The position numbers and the translations under genes were made by a program. Positions 10,462-19,532 of a DNA stretch of 64,000 bases are shown in pieces. Below the pieces are notes generated by a model that worked only from the letters and a program-made list of their open reading frames with translations, had not been told where the DNA came from and ran no database searches. Within the stretch, counting starts at the first letter, position 1, and every line of letters begins with the position of its first letter. The stretch covers positions 96,001-160,000 of the forward strand of contig OZ223267.1 in the NCBI GenBank assembly GCA_965140585.1, read 5' to 3'. This DNA is from Spirochaetia bacterium (GTDB lineage Bacteria > Spirochaetota > Spirochaetia > UBA9216).

Positions 10462-11769
10462 ATGGAAAAAATATTCAACGGCTTTTTTATTATGCTTATT
10501 ATATTATCGGCAGGCTCCTGCATTCTCTTTGATGAGGATGCTGATGCTTTCTGTACTGATTATTCCATGAGCGTCCAGACTCTGGATACCCGTACTGTCG
10601 AGCTTGATGGAACTGAATATGAATACCTGCTTTTAAAACTTACAGCCGAGGGTTGTGAACCCTCATATGCACAGTTTTTTCCGCCGCTTTCCGATGAAAA
10701 ATCACCCTGTATATTACAGACTATGCCCTACGATGTAATAGACTGGACCTGGGAAGGTGAGGATATTGTTGAAGCAGTAATGGCAGGCGATGGAAAAACT
10801 GACCCGGATTCAATGATATATCTGGCTAGAAGTCATCTCTCCCACGGTATCGGGGCTCTGTTTGTTTACGGAAGGTTTTACAGGGGCGGCAGCATCATCA
10901 ATGATGTGAATGATATGCTTTGCGGGCTGAAGTTTCTTGAGCAGGAAGAGCTTGCCGATAATGATAAAATCGGAGTAAGCGGCGGTTCCTGGGGAGGCTT
11001 TGAAGCGCTGTATGCCTGTGCATATGCTCCATCCAATATCCGACCATTGGCTGCCGCAATTAATTATCCGGTCAGTGATTTTGAAGCCTGGTATAATTAT
11101 GCGGCTTATCCCGAAAACTACATCAGCGATTCAGCAAAAATCAGTCAATACCGTGACTTTTTCACTCCATACATAGAAAGAATTGAGAAATCTACCGGCG
11201 GAGCGCCGGCTGCTGTAGGAGCAGATTTTTCCGGTTTCAGGCTAATCGATCTTGAAGCCGCTGTTGATACTGATATGCTGATAATCCATGACGCCTGGGA
11301 TACCCTGGTGCCGGTAACCGGAACGGAGGGTCTGTATGAAGCCTCTGCCGACCATGTTAATCCCATGATTTTTTATCATGAAGCTGCAATCGACTATAAT
11401 AATTTTGAACTTTCTCACATGGATCTCCTTACAGACGGTTCGGATGCACCAGCATATCTTACCTGGATGTACCTGTATCTCTATAAGGCACTGGTTGGAG
11501 CGGGACAGGATATCCTGATGATTTATGATGCGGACCGTATCGATGCCTTTTGTGCTTATGTTAAAGAGTTTGATGAGCTTGGTTATGATGTCGGCTGGGC
11601 GGCAGACCGGTTTCTTGAAATGTTTGATGATCGTATAACCCTGTTTGAGATTAACGATGAGTCATATGATAAAGCCTCTGATGTGATGACCGCGGCTTTC
11701 AATTCAGCCTGGGGAACCTCATACTCTGCATCGGAACTTGAATCACTGCTTCAGGCCGGGCTGCCGTAG
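10462..11769 (+). CDS. Lipoprotein alpha/beta hydrolase (S9/esterase-like)
   Basis: Lipobox AGSC; nucleophile elbow KIGVSGGSWGG; LIIHDAWDTLVP (acid residue) and a downstream His. Confidence 0.75.
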   Translation: MEKIFNGFFIMLIILSAGSCILFDEDADAFCTDYSMSVQTLDTRTVELDGTEYEYLLLKLTAEGCEPSYAQFFPPLSDEKSPCILQTMPYDVIDWTWEGEDIVEAVMAGDGKTDPDSMIYLARSHLSHGIGALFVYGRFYRGGSIINDVNDMLCGLKFLEQEELADNDKIGVSGGSWGGFEALYACAYAPSNIRPLAAAINYPVSDFEAWYNYAAYPENYISDSAKISQYRDFFTPYIERIEKSTGGAPAAVGADFSGFRLIDLEAAVDTDMLIIHDAWDTLVPVTGTEGLYEASADHVNPMIFYHEAAIDYNNFELSHMDLLTDGSDAPAYLTWMYLYLYKALVGAGQDILMIYDADRIDAFCAYVKEFDELGYDVGWAADRFLEMFDDRITLFEINDESYDKASDVMTAAFNSAWGTSYSASELESLLQAGLP

Positions 11770-11811
11770 CCGCATCGTAAAACTCTGCGGCTTACGTAAA
11801 AATAGTAAAGG

Positions 11812-13053
11812 CTATTCCTGCCCTCCGTCTGTTATAGTCCAGTTATTAGGTGAACCAGTCAGTATTGCCCTTGCCGAGGCTGCAGATGCACTGTACTTTA
11901 TGTTGTCGGCATAAAACTGAACATTGGGTTTTACGCCGGCATTCTGAGCCAAAGCCGCCCATCCTGAGAGCAGGGCATTATAATTGGCTGTGGACAGACC
12001 GCTTGATGTAAACATATTTATCATGGTTGTTACACTGCTGATATCCCATTCGCCTAAATCCTGATCAAAAGAGGATGCGTTCCAGAACATTCCGAACATC
12101 GATTCGACATTTCCGGTGTCCCAGTCTGAGATATCCTGATTAAACAGAGCTGCATTGCTGAACATCCCTTCCATAATTATAACTTTGCTTGTGTTCCATA
12201 ATGAAATATCGCTGTTGAACTTTGATGCATATGAAAAAGTATATTGAAGATACTCTACTGTAGAAGTATCCCAATTATTTATACCCGGAATGTCTGTAAG
12301 AGTGCTGCAGCTTCCAAAACATCTTACCAGGCTTGAAGTCGTACTCAGGTCCGGAACATCCCCAGCTGTGATTGTGAGATTTGTACAGCCGTGAAACTGC
12401 TGTGATGTACTGCCGAAAGAAAGATGTCCCCAGTTGGATATTTCGATAAGCTTCTTTTCATCACCTGCATTCGCAAAAGACCATCCGGTACATTCTCCGT
12501 CAATCAGAACATCATATGTTCCTGCTGATGTAAAAGTATGAGTAGCGGCAGAATCGTCCCATGCTGTAATGGTATTGCTGCTGCCGTCTCCCCAGTAGGC
12601 AGTAAAGCTGTAGCTTCCGTTTGCTACGAGGGGCAGGGTAATCTGGTTGTCAGCTGAAGTTCCGGTATTGTCTGTTTTCCAGCTTGTAAGAAATGCACTG
12701 ATGACAGCTACATTTACCTCTGCGGTACCTGATTTTATTCCGTCTTCGCTTGCCGCTTCAACAGAAACTGTATAGCTTCCCTCATCCCAGCTGTTGTCAA
12801 AGTTGAAAGCAGCACCGGTTGCTTTCTCTTTCCCGTTTACTTTTCATGTATATTCCGGACTGATTTCCGTCTCCTCAATAGAAACGGAGAAATTAAGGCT
12901 TTCATGGCTGTATTTGGATGAACTCCCTCCGCTTATGCTCACCGTCAGACTGCTGTCCCCGTTATCATCCGTTCCGTCCGGCGGCTGAGGACAGCCTGTT
13001 AAGATTAAAATCACAGCTGATAACAGCAAAAGAATTGAAAACTTTTTTCCCAT
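11812..13053 (-). pseudogene. DUF285/BspA-like surface lipoprotein interrupted by one in-frame TGA
   Basis: Lipobox LTGC. After EYT-TGA (12846-12844) the same frame continues without stops (KVNGKEK...AFLTSWKTDN...LPLVANGSY.F..YWGDG...WDTSTV...) to the stop at 11812; 413 aa if TGA were TGG. Confidence 0.88.
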
Positions 13054-13175
13054 TTTAGTTTTTCTCCTGTGTCACTTTTTATGATAAAGAAGGTAGCACA
13101 GTATTGGAAACAATCAATTCAGTAATTTAAATCTTATTTTTAATCATATAAGTCCGGAAAGAGCGCAGCATGACA

Positions 13176-13196
13176 AGGCGGGCTTTGAGCCCGCCT
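13176..13196 (-). terminator. GC-rich hairpin downstream of the DUF35 gene
   Basis: AGGCGGGCT-TTG-AGCCCGCCT perfect 9-bp stem; weak U-tract. Confidence 0.55.
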
Positions 13197-13203
13197 GTAA
13201 TAA

Positions 13204-13599
13204 TCATTTCAGCTTGAAAGATACAAACTTGAATCCGTCTTTCTGAATAATTTCCATTGTCACATCTGCTGGGAGAAGATCGTATAACTCATCAACTTTT
13301 TCAAGATCGTAATCTTCAAGTGATGCAGTGAAGGAAGTCCCTTCATCAAGTTCCACCTGTCCGATAACTTTTGGACCGTATTTGGATTGGATGGCATCCA
13401 TAAAGCGCATTACAGAAAATGAGACCAGTTTTCCCTGGCCCTTCATCTCAACCCACTCAAGGTTAGTATTTGAACAGTTATTACAAACAGGAACAGGAGG
13501 GAATTCAGTAGCTCCGCATGCAGGACACTTTTTTCCCATTATTTTTCCTTCTTCAAGATGATCATACCATTTTTTTACATGTGACTCTATCTTAATCAT
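13204..13599 (-). CDS. DUF35-family Zn-ribbon/OB-fold protein (thiolase partner)
   Basis: CPACG...PP..VCNNC zinc ribbon followed by G.GKLVSFSV...VELDEG OB-fold; directly downstream of the thiolase. Confidence 0.9.
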   Translation of the reverse strand: MIKIESHVKKWYDHLEEGKIMGKKCPACGATEFPPVPVCNNCSNTNLEWVEMKGQGKLVSFSVMRFMDAIQSKYGPKVIGQVELDEGTSFTASLEDYDLEKVDELYDLLPADVTMEIIQKDGFKFVSFKLK

Positions 13600-13619
13600 T
13601 TTAAGTTCCTCCTATGTTT

Positions 13620-14915
13620 TTAAACAGCCCGCAACACTGCTGCTGTGGAATGAAAACCTGCACCGTATCCATGGATTACTGCAGTTTCAGGCTTTTTCTT
13701 CATTTGCCGTTTTCCGCAATTACCTCTCATCTGATTGATTGCTTCAGCAATCTCAATTCCTGCCGCTCCTGCGATCGGATGTCCCATATTCAGTCTTCCG
13801 CCGGTTGTGTTTACCGGTTTATCGCCGTCATGAGCAATCCGGCCTTCCTTGACAGCAGCAAGGCCTTCACCCGGTTTAAAATAACCGGCGGTCTCTGTTA
13901 CAGTCATATAGTGCTGAGCGCAGCAGTCATGAATTCCCATATAATCAATTTCATTGTACGGATCTGTAATTCCTGCCATGGCGTATGCCTGATTAAATGC
14001 TTCAATCTCAAAACTCATAGGTGAACCGGTCTGATAATATCCTGCAGAAGTTGACATCCCATGACCTATCAGTTCTACCGGATTTTCAACCAGCTTTTTC
14101 GCTGTCTCTGTAGGGCAGACTATAAGAGCTGCCGCACCGTCAATTACAGAAGTCAGATGTGAAGCTCTCATGACTGCACCTATAAGAGGGTTATATTCAG
14201 CATTATTTAAAAAATCATAGACATCAGATAAGCCTGCATTTTCTGCATCTTCCTCAAAAGAGGTACTGGACATTAAAGCCAGAGGATTATTAACGGCATT
14301 ATGTCTGCTGATGAGAGATATTTTATTCATTGCATCGTTGAGTTCTTTGAGACTATATCCGTATTTTTTACCGTAAGATATTAGTGCTCCTTCAAGGAAT
14401 GCTACAATCTCGCCTCCCGGATACCAATAGGCATTATCGCAGCCGAGTGCGTTGGAATCAAAAAGTACATCTTCAAATTCACTTTTCTTTCTCATAAAAG
14501 GCGGATTACCTCGGATGACATTGCTTCTGTTTATATCAACATTAGCGCTTAGAACAAACTCATGCTTTCCGGATGCAACTGTGACTGCAGCATGATGTAA
14601 ACCCGAAAGGGCAGTGCAGCAGGCTGTCTCATGCTTGAAGGCCGGGATTTCTGATAATCCAGCCCATCTTCCCATTGAGCCGGATTGTGAAATTTGGGCT
14701 GAATGGGATTCGTCAAAAACCTGTCCGAGAAACATGCAGTCAATATCCTTTGCTTCCAGTCCCGCATCTTCCAGGGCTTCAAGTGTTGCCCATGCAAATA
14801 GTTCTCTTTCGGTTAAATCCTTCACTTCCGGAGTTTTCATAACATTCCCCATGGGAGTTACTCCTACACCGACAATTGAAACACTTCTGGCAAATTGTCC
14901 AATTCGTGTTTTCAT
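13620..14915 (-). CDS. Thiolase-family protein, SCP2/SCP-x type
   Basis: VSIVGVG.TP, ETACC (active-site Cys), DGAAAL, HDC, VNTTGG.L..GHP.AG. Confidence 0.9.
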   Translation of the reverse strand: MKTRIGQFARSVSIVGVGVTPMGNVMKTPEVKDLTERELFAWATLEALEDAGLEAKDIDCMFLGQVFDESHSAQISQSGSMGRWAGLSEIPAFKHETACCTALSGLHHAAVTVASGKHEFVLSANVDINRSNVIRGNPPFMRKKSEFEDVLFDSNALGCDNAYWYPGGEIVAFLEGALISYGKKYGYSLKELNDAMNKISLISRHNAVNNPLALMSSTSFEEDAENAGLSDVYDFLNNAEYNPLIGAVMRASHLTSVIDGAAALIVCPTETAKKLVENPVELIGHGMSTSAGYYQTGSPMSFEIEAFNQAYAMAGITDPYNEIDYMGIHDCCAQHYMTVTETAGYFKPGEGLAAVKEGRIAHDGDKPVNTTGGRLNMGHPIAGAAGIEIAEAINQMRGNCGKRQMKKKPETAVIHGYGAGFHSTAAVLRAV

Positions 14916-14938
14916 TTTTTCCTCCTGAAAAATATAGT

Positions 14939-14968
14939 TTAAACTGACTAACTAGTTAGTCAGTTTAA
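14939..14968. promoter_or_regulatory. Perfect 30-bp palindrome; probable TetR operator upstream of the thiolase
   Basis: TTAAACTGACTAACT|AGTTAGTCAGTTTAA; a related copy lies upstream of tetR. Confidence 0.8.
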
Positions 14969-14981
14969 TTACAAAAAAAAC

Positions 14982-15590
14982 TTATCTGAGAAAATCCGTA
15001 TATACTCTATTAAGAATATCTGAAAAACACTTATCAACTTCTGTTTTGTCGAAATCATGAGTCTTAATCCATTCACTTTCGAGGATTGAGAAGAATAGGG
15101 AAGGGATGAAAATGAAAAAGGCATCCGTTATATTACGTTTGATATCTGAATAATCCGTGCTGAATCCTCTCTGCTTAAGAAGGTTATTACGTCCTGAAAT
15201 GTTTATTGAATCCCAGAAATCCAGAAGATTTTCAGTTTTCGAAGAAGTTTTAAAAGACTCGAATATAAGAATTTTCAGAACTCTTGAGTTGTTCATAAGA
15301 AATTCAATACCTCGCTGAATCTCATTCTCTTTCCAGTTTGAATTGCTCTCTGAATTTTCTACCGAGTAGACATTATTAAACATTTCGGACATTGAAGTTT
15401 TAAAATCAGCAAGGATTTCATCAAGGATTACCTGCTTGCTTTTAAAATTATAATAGATAAGCGCCTGGCTGATTTTAGCTTCCGAAGCAATTTCACTTAC
15501 TCTTGTCCCGTCGAATCCTTTTTCCGAGAAAAGTTTTATTGAGACTTCAAGGATAAGGTCTCTTGTGCTTCCGTCATTTGTTGTTTTCAT
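14982..15590 (-). CDS. TetR/AcrR family transcriptional regulator
   Basis: N-terminal HTH LFSEKGFDGTRVSEIA...IYYNFKSK. Confidence 0.95.
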   Translation of the reverse strand: MKTTNDGSTRDLILEVSIKLFSEKGFDGTRVSEIASEAKISQALIYYNFKSKQVILDEILADFKTSMSEMFNNVYSVENSESNSNWKENEIQRGIEFLMNNSRVLKILIFESFKTSSKTENLLDFWDSINISGRNNLLKQRGFSTDYSDIKRNITDAFFIFIPSLFFSILESEWIKTHDFDKTEVDKCFSDILNRVYTDFLR

Positions 15591-15606
15591 TTCTGCTCCG
15601 GCAATT

Positions 15607-15664
15607 CCTGACTAAGTAGTTGGTCAGGTTTGTCTTATTCTACAGCATTATTATCAGATGTCAA
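15607..15664 (-). promoter_or_regulatory. tetR promoter with a second operator copy
   Basis: Minus strand TTGACA (15664-15659)-16-TAGAAT (15642-15637); CCTGACTAAGTAGTTGGTCAGG at 15607-15628. Confidence 0.75.
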
Positions 15665-15687
15665 GGTAAAACATTATATAAAGATAT

Positions 15688-15713
15688 AAAAAAGGGGAGG
15701 CAAACGCCTCCCC
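15688..15713 (-). terminator. Rho-independent terminator of the 15725-16861 gene
   Basis: GGGGAGGC-AAAC-GCCTCCCC stem; the A6 on its left gives U6 on the minus strand. Confidence 0.85.
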
Positions 15714-15724
15714 CGGATTATCCT

Positions 15725-16861
15725 TTATTCAACCTTTAAAGCATCGTATTCAACCGGAGAGCCGTCAATCATAAATGTTCCGGAATGGGTTGCCCGCTGA
15801 AAAGAGTCACAGTTCAGAGTTATGTCCTCAGCCCCTGCTTTAAAATAGAATGAATTGCCGTCATCAGAATTGACAAACCATTCTGCATACATATCATCAA
15901 TTTCCTGATCTGTCATATCATCAAGAATTCCGTATGTATCGTACCACATTCCGAAACTCCTGTTAAACAATGCACCTGTTCTTGATATCCCACCCATATA
16001 AAGCTGTCCGACTATGGCATTGCCGTTCGCGTCTGTAAGAATCCTCATCATGTCTGTATAATATTGAGCATCCTTTGCTTTCAGATAATATTTTTCGTAT
16101 ACGGAAGTTTCGGCAATATAGGGAGTAACCCATTCAAGCTGTCCTGTTTCCCAGGAGCCGTTTACGTTCAGCAGCCCTGTTTCAAGCGGATACCTGAGAT
16201 CAATTGTCGAACCGTCTCCATTGAATACCAGTTCATCGTGTCCTGCATGTTTCTGTCCTCCCGCGGCAAGCAGCAGGTAAATACCCTTTACACCATCCTG
16301 AACTGCTGGATTTGATGGATCAGCTGATTCGACAGGTATTTCCGTTCCTACAACAGTGAAAACCCCTTCTTCCGCATCCTGTGTTGCCCCATCCCCAGTC
16401 ATTGTGCCGTCTGACCTGGTTCTGTAGACTATACCATTGTGGTTTACATAGCCCTTTGCTGTAACCGACGAACCTATACCTATGTATATTTTATCAATAG
16501 CGTTGCCCAGCGGGTTCTCTATTATCAGTGGCAGTTTATCTGAAAGGCTTTCAACCGCAAGATCGACCTTTGTCCCGGAGCCTTCGGTAACATTATATAG
16601 GGTATGCCTGTCATAGCTCATTCCCGGAATGGCCTCGGTATCAAAGAGTGCAATGTAGACATACAGAATTTCAATTTCATACTTTTCAAAGTTTGAGATT
16701 ACGGTTTCTGTTGCAGTCATGGACCTTACCAGTCTTGCTGATGCTGTCTGTTCGGCGCTCATATCTACTTCATATGTATCAAAGTAGTAGGGGTTAAAAA
16801 AGCATCCCGTAAATAAAGTGACCAGACCTGCTGTAAGCAGAACCGCCGTGATTTTTTTCAT
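15725..16861 (-). CDS. Hypothetical lipoprotein
   Basis: Lipobox LFTGC, SD AGGAG, acidic beta-rich mature part, own terminator. Confidence 0.7.
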   Translation of the reverse strand: MKKITAVLLTAGLVTLFTGCFFNPYYFDTYEVDMSAEQTASARLVRSMTATETVISNFEKYEIEILYVYIALFDTEAIPGMSYDRHTLYNVTEGSGTKVDLAVESLSDKLPLIIENPLGNAIDKIYIGIGSSVTAKGYVNHNGIVYRTRSDGTMTGDGATQDAEEGVFTVVGTEIPVESADPSNPAVQDGVKGIYLLLAAGGQKHAGHDELVFNGDGSTIDLRYPLETGLLNVNGSWETGQLEWVTPYIAETSVYEKYYLKAKDAQYYTDMMRILTDANGNAIVGQLYMGGISRTGALFNRSFGMWYDTYGILDDMTDQEIDDMYAEWFVNSDDGNSFYFKAGAEDITLNCDSFQRATHSGTFMIDGSPVEYDALKVE

Positions 16862-17016
16862 AGTTTTCTCCTGATAATTTATGTTGTTACTGAATTCTCG
16901 TTTTATCTATTTGAGAAATCAAATACTGAAATTCTTATATATGAATAAATAACTTTATGATTATCTTAATATTTACCCTATATACATTTCCCTGATAAAT
17001 CAGTACATTCACACTG

Positions 17017-18843
17017 ATGAAACATTTAGAGAATAATAACAATATTCGAAACATCGCAATTATTGCTCACGTAGACCACGGTAAAACTACTCTTGTGGAT
17101 GCGATGTTCAGGCAGAGTGGAACATTCCGCGAAAACCAGGAAACTGCCGACAGACTGATGGACAGAATGGACCTCGAACGTGAACGGGGAATTACTATAG
17201 CTGCTAAGAACTGCTCAATACACTGGCATGATGTAAAGATAAACATTCTTGATACACCCGGCCACGCCGACTTCGGCGGTGAGGTTGAGCGCGCAATGTC
17301 AATGGTTGACGGAGTAATACTGCTCGTTGATGCCTCCGAGGGCCCGCTTCCGCAGACCCGCTTTGTATTAAGCAAGGCTCTGGCTGCCGGACTCCGGATT
17401 ATCGTTGTAATAAACAAGGTTGACAGAGCTGACGCCCGCTGTGCGGAAGTGCTTGATGAAATTTATGAGCTTTTCATCGACCTCGATGCAGATGAGACCC
17501 AGCTTGATTTCCCGCTTTATTACGCAAACGGAAAGGCCGGAACCGCAGGTGTAGCTCCTGATAAACAGGATGAAAATCTGCACAGGCTTCTTGAGGCAAT
17601 AGTCAATGAGCTTCCGGGCCCGGCCTATGAACCAGATGCTCCTTTCCAGATGCTTGTATCTGATCTCAGCTACAGCGATTACCTTGGAAGACTTGCTGTC
17701 GGTAAGGTTGTCAATGGTTCCGTGCATTCAAAGGATTCGCTTGTCTGTATCGGTCTGGAAGGAAAACCTAAGGCCCTTAATGTAACAAAGCTGCAGGTTT
17801 ACGAAGGACCGGGGCTTGGTGAGGCAGTTTCTGTTGAGCCGGGTGAAATTGTAGTCCTCTCAGGTATTGAAGATGTTCATATCGGTGATACGATCTGTAC
17901 TAAAGAAAACCCGAAAGCCTTAAAACGTATAACTGTAGATGAACCTACCGTCTCCATGCTTTTTACAGCCAATAATTCTCCCCTGAAAGGGAAGGAAGGA
18001 AAGCATGTTCAGAGTAATAAGATACATGAACGGCTTATCAAAGAAACCTTGAGTAATGTATCTATGAAGGTCGAACAGCTTGAGGGAGGCGAGGGCTTTC
18101 TGGTGAAAGGCCGCGGCGAATTTCAGATGGTTATTCTGATTGAAACAATGAGAAGAGAAGGTTTTGAGCTTTGTGTAGGGCGTCCGACGGTTATTTTTCA
18201 TTATGAGGATGGAAAGAAGATTGAGCCCATTGAGCACCTCTTCGTTGACTGTGAGGAAACATATACAGGTATTGTTACCGAGAAGCTTTCACAGCGCAAA
18301 GGCCGTATGACAAACTTTATAAATCACAATAACGGCCGGGCAAGGTTGGAGTTTTCGGTTCCATCAAGGGCTCTCATCGGCTATCGTGATGAGTTTTTAA
18401 CCGATACCCGCGGTACCGGAATAATGAGTTCATACATCAGCGGCTACGAAGAATACCGCGGTGATTTCCCCGAACGTCACACTGGTTCTCTTGTTGCAGA
18501 CAGAAGCGGAGACTGCGTTCCATATGCACTTTTCAACCTGGAACCGCGCGGCAATCTCTTTGTTCAACCGGGTGACAAATCATATGAGGGCATGATTATC
18601 GGTGAGCATAACAGAGATAATGATCTTGATGTTAATCCTGTAAAAACAAAGAAGCTTTCAAATATGAGGGCTTCCGGAAAGGATGAGGCTGTAATACTTA
18701 CACCGATTATTCCGCTCACAATTGAAAGGGCTATCCAGTACATAAAGGAAGATGAGATGGTTGAGATTACTCCGCTGTCCATCCGCCTTAGAAAACGAAT
18801 TCTTTCAGCGCAGGACAGAAAGGTCGACAGAAAGAATAAGTAG
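17017..18843 (+). CDS. typA: Translational GTPase TypA/BipA
   Basis: IAHVDHGKTT, ERERGITI, DTPGHADFGGEVER, NKVD, C-terminal KKLSNMRASG.D and EITP.SIRLRK. Confidence 0.98.
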   Translation: MKHLENNNNIRNIAIIAHVDHGKTTLVDAMFRQSGTFRENQETADRLMDRMDLERERGITIAAKNCSIHWHDVKINILDTPGHADFGGEVERAMSMVDGVILLVDASEGPLPQTRFVLSKALAAGLRIIVVINKVDRADARCAEVLDEIYELFIDLDADETQLDFPLYYANGKAGTAGVAPDKQDENLHRLLEAIVNELPGPAYEPDAPFQMLVSDLSYSDYLGRLAVGKVVNGSVHSKDSLVCIGLEGKPKALNVTKLQVYEGPGLGEAVSVEPGEIVVLSGIEDVHIGDTICTKENPKALKRITVDEPTVSMLFTANNSPLKGKEGKHVQSNKIHERLIKETLSNVSMKVEQLEGGEGFLVKGRGEFQMVILIETMRREGFELCVGRPTVIFHYEDGKKIEPIEHLFVDCEETYTGIVTEKLSQRKGRMTNFINHNNGRARLEFSVPSRALIGYRDEFLTDTRGTGIMSSYISGYEEYRGDFPERHTGSLVADRSGDCVPYALFNLEPRGNLFVQPGDKSYEGMIIGEHNRDNDLDVNPVKTKKLSNMRASGKDEAVILTPIIPLTIERAIQYIKEDEMVEITPLSIRLRKRILSAQDRKVDRKNK

Positions 18844-18885
18844 AAAACCGTATTAAAAGCGGATATCTCAAATATTTATACAGGA

Positions 18886-18917
18886 AAGAGCAGCTGAATT
18901 AACAGCTGCTTTTTTTT
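18886..18917 (+). terminator. Rho-independent terminator after typA
   Basis: AGCAGCTG-AATTAA-CAGCTGCT followed by a T run. Confidence 0.85.
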
Positions 18918-19029
18918 ACCAGGGATACTTTTATGTTCCCGCATTGATGAAATGAAAATAATAGAATTTTAATCAGGAAATAACTGTAAAATCAAAATTC
19001 CGATCATTATAATTAAATGACATAAAAGA

Positions 19030-19491
19030 ATGAGTACTTTAAAACGTCTTAAGAAGACATTCAAAACTTATCTAAGCTCAATACATGGAGCCTTCAAAAA
19101 GAAGCCGCATTCCGGTGTCTCAGTGTATTCTGAGGCTATAAATGAGTATAAAAAACATGAATCTGAAAGAATCAGACTGCTTTCAAAACAAAGGGCAATG
19201 GAAAGCCGGATGCTAGAATTAGAAGAGAGATCGGTTGAGTGGAAGAAGATAAAAGATGCATCGGAGCGCTCCGGTAATACATCCCTTTCAAAAAGCAGTG
19301 GGCAGAAGCTTAAGATACTCAGTATGGAACTGGATGAATGCAGGCTGTCAATTGATGAAAATCTTAAGCTGATTGATGAAGCGGACAGCCGCCTTTCTGA
19401 TTTGAAAAATGAACTTCATAATATCCAACGCAGCCGCTTTTCAGATGCTGAAATTTTATTTGACAGGAAATTACAGGAAGAAGACCGATAA
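19030..19491 (+). CDS. Short, divergent PspA/IM30-like coiled-coil protein
   Basis: Basic amphipathic N-helix (MSTLKRLKKTFK), then P and a long coiled coil with EW...A...G...LS...K as in the PspA hairpin turn; shorter than canonical PspA. Confidence 0.55.
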   Translation: MSTLKRLKKTFKTYLSSIHGAFKKKPHSGVSVYSEAINEYKKHESERIRLLSKQRAMESRMLELEERSVEWKKIKDASERSGNTSLSKSSGQKLKILSMELDECRLSIDENLKLIDEADSRLSDLKNELHNIQRSRFSDAEILFDRKLQEEDR

Positions 19492-19532
19492 TCTTAACTG
19501 CCAATAATTATGAAATATAAGGAGAAAAACTA

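Noticed and set aside
12844-12846. TGA recoding (Trp under code 4, or selenocysteine)
   Set aside because: Many genes here end in TGA and use TGG for Trp, and the position corresponds to Trp rather than Cys. A nonsense change or sequencing error is simpler.
2869-16861. Accessory block as a mobile element or prophage
   Set aside because: No integrase, transposase, tRNA anchor, terminal repeats or phage genes were seen.
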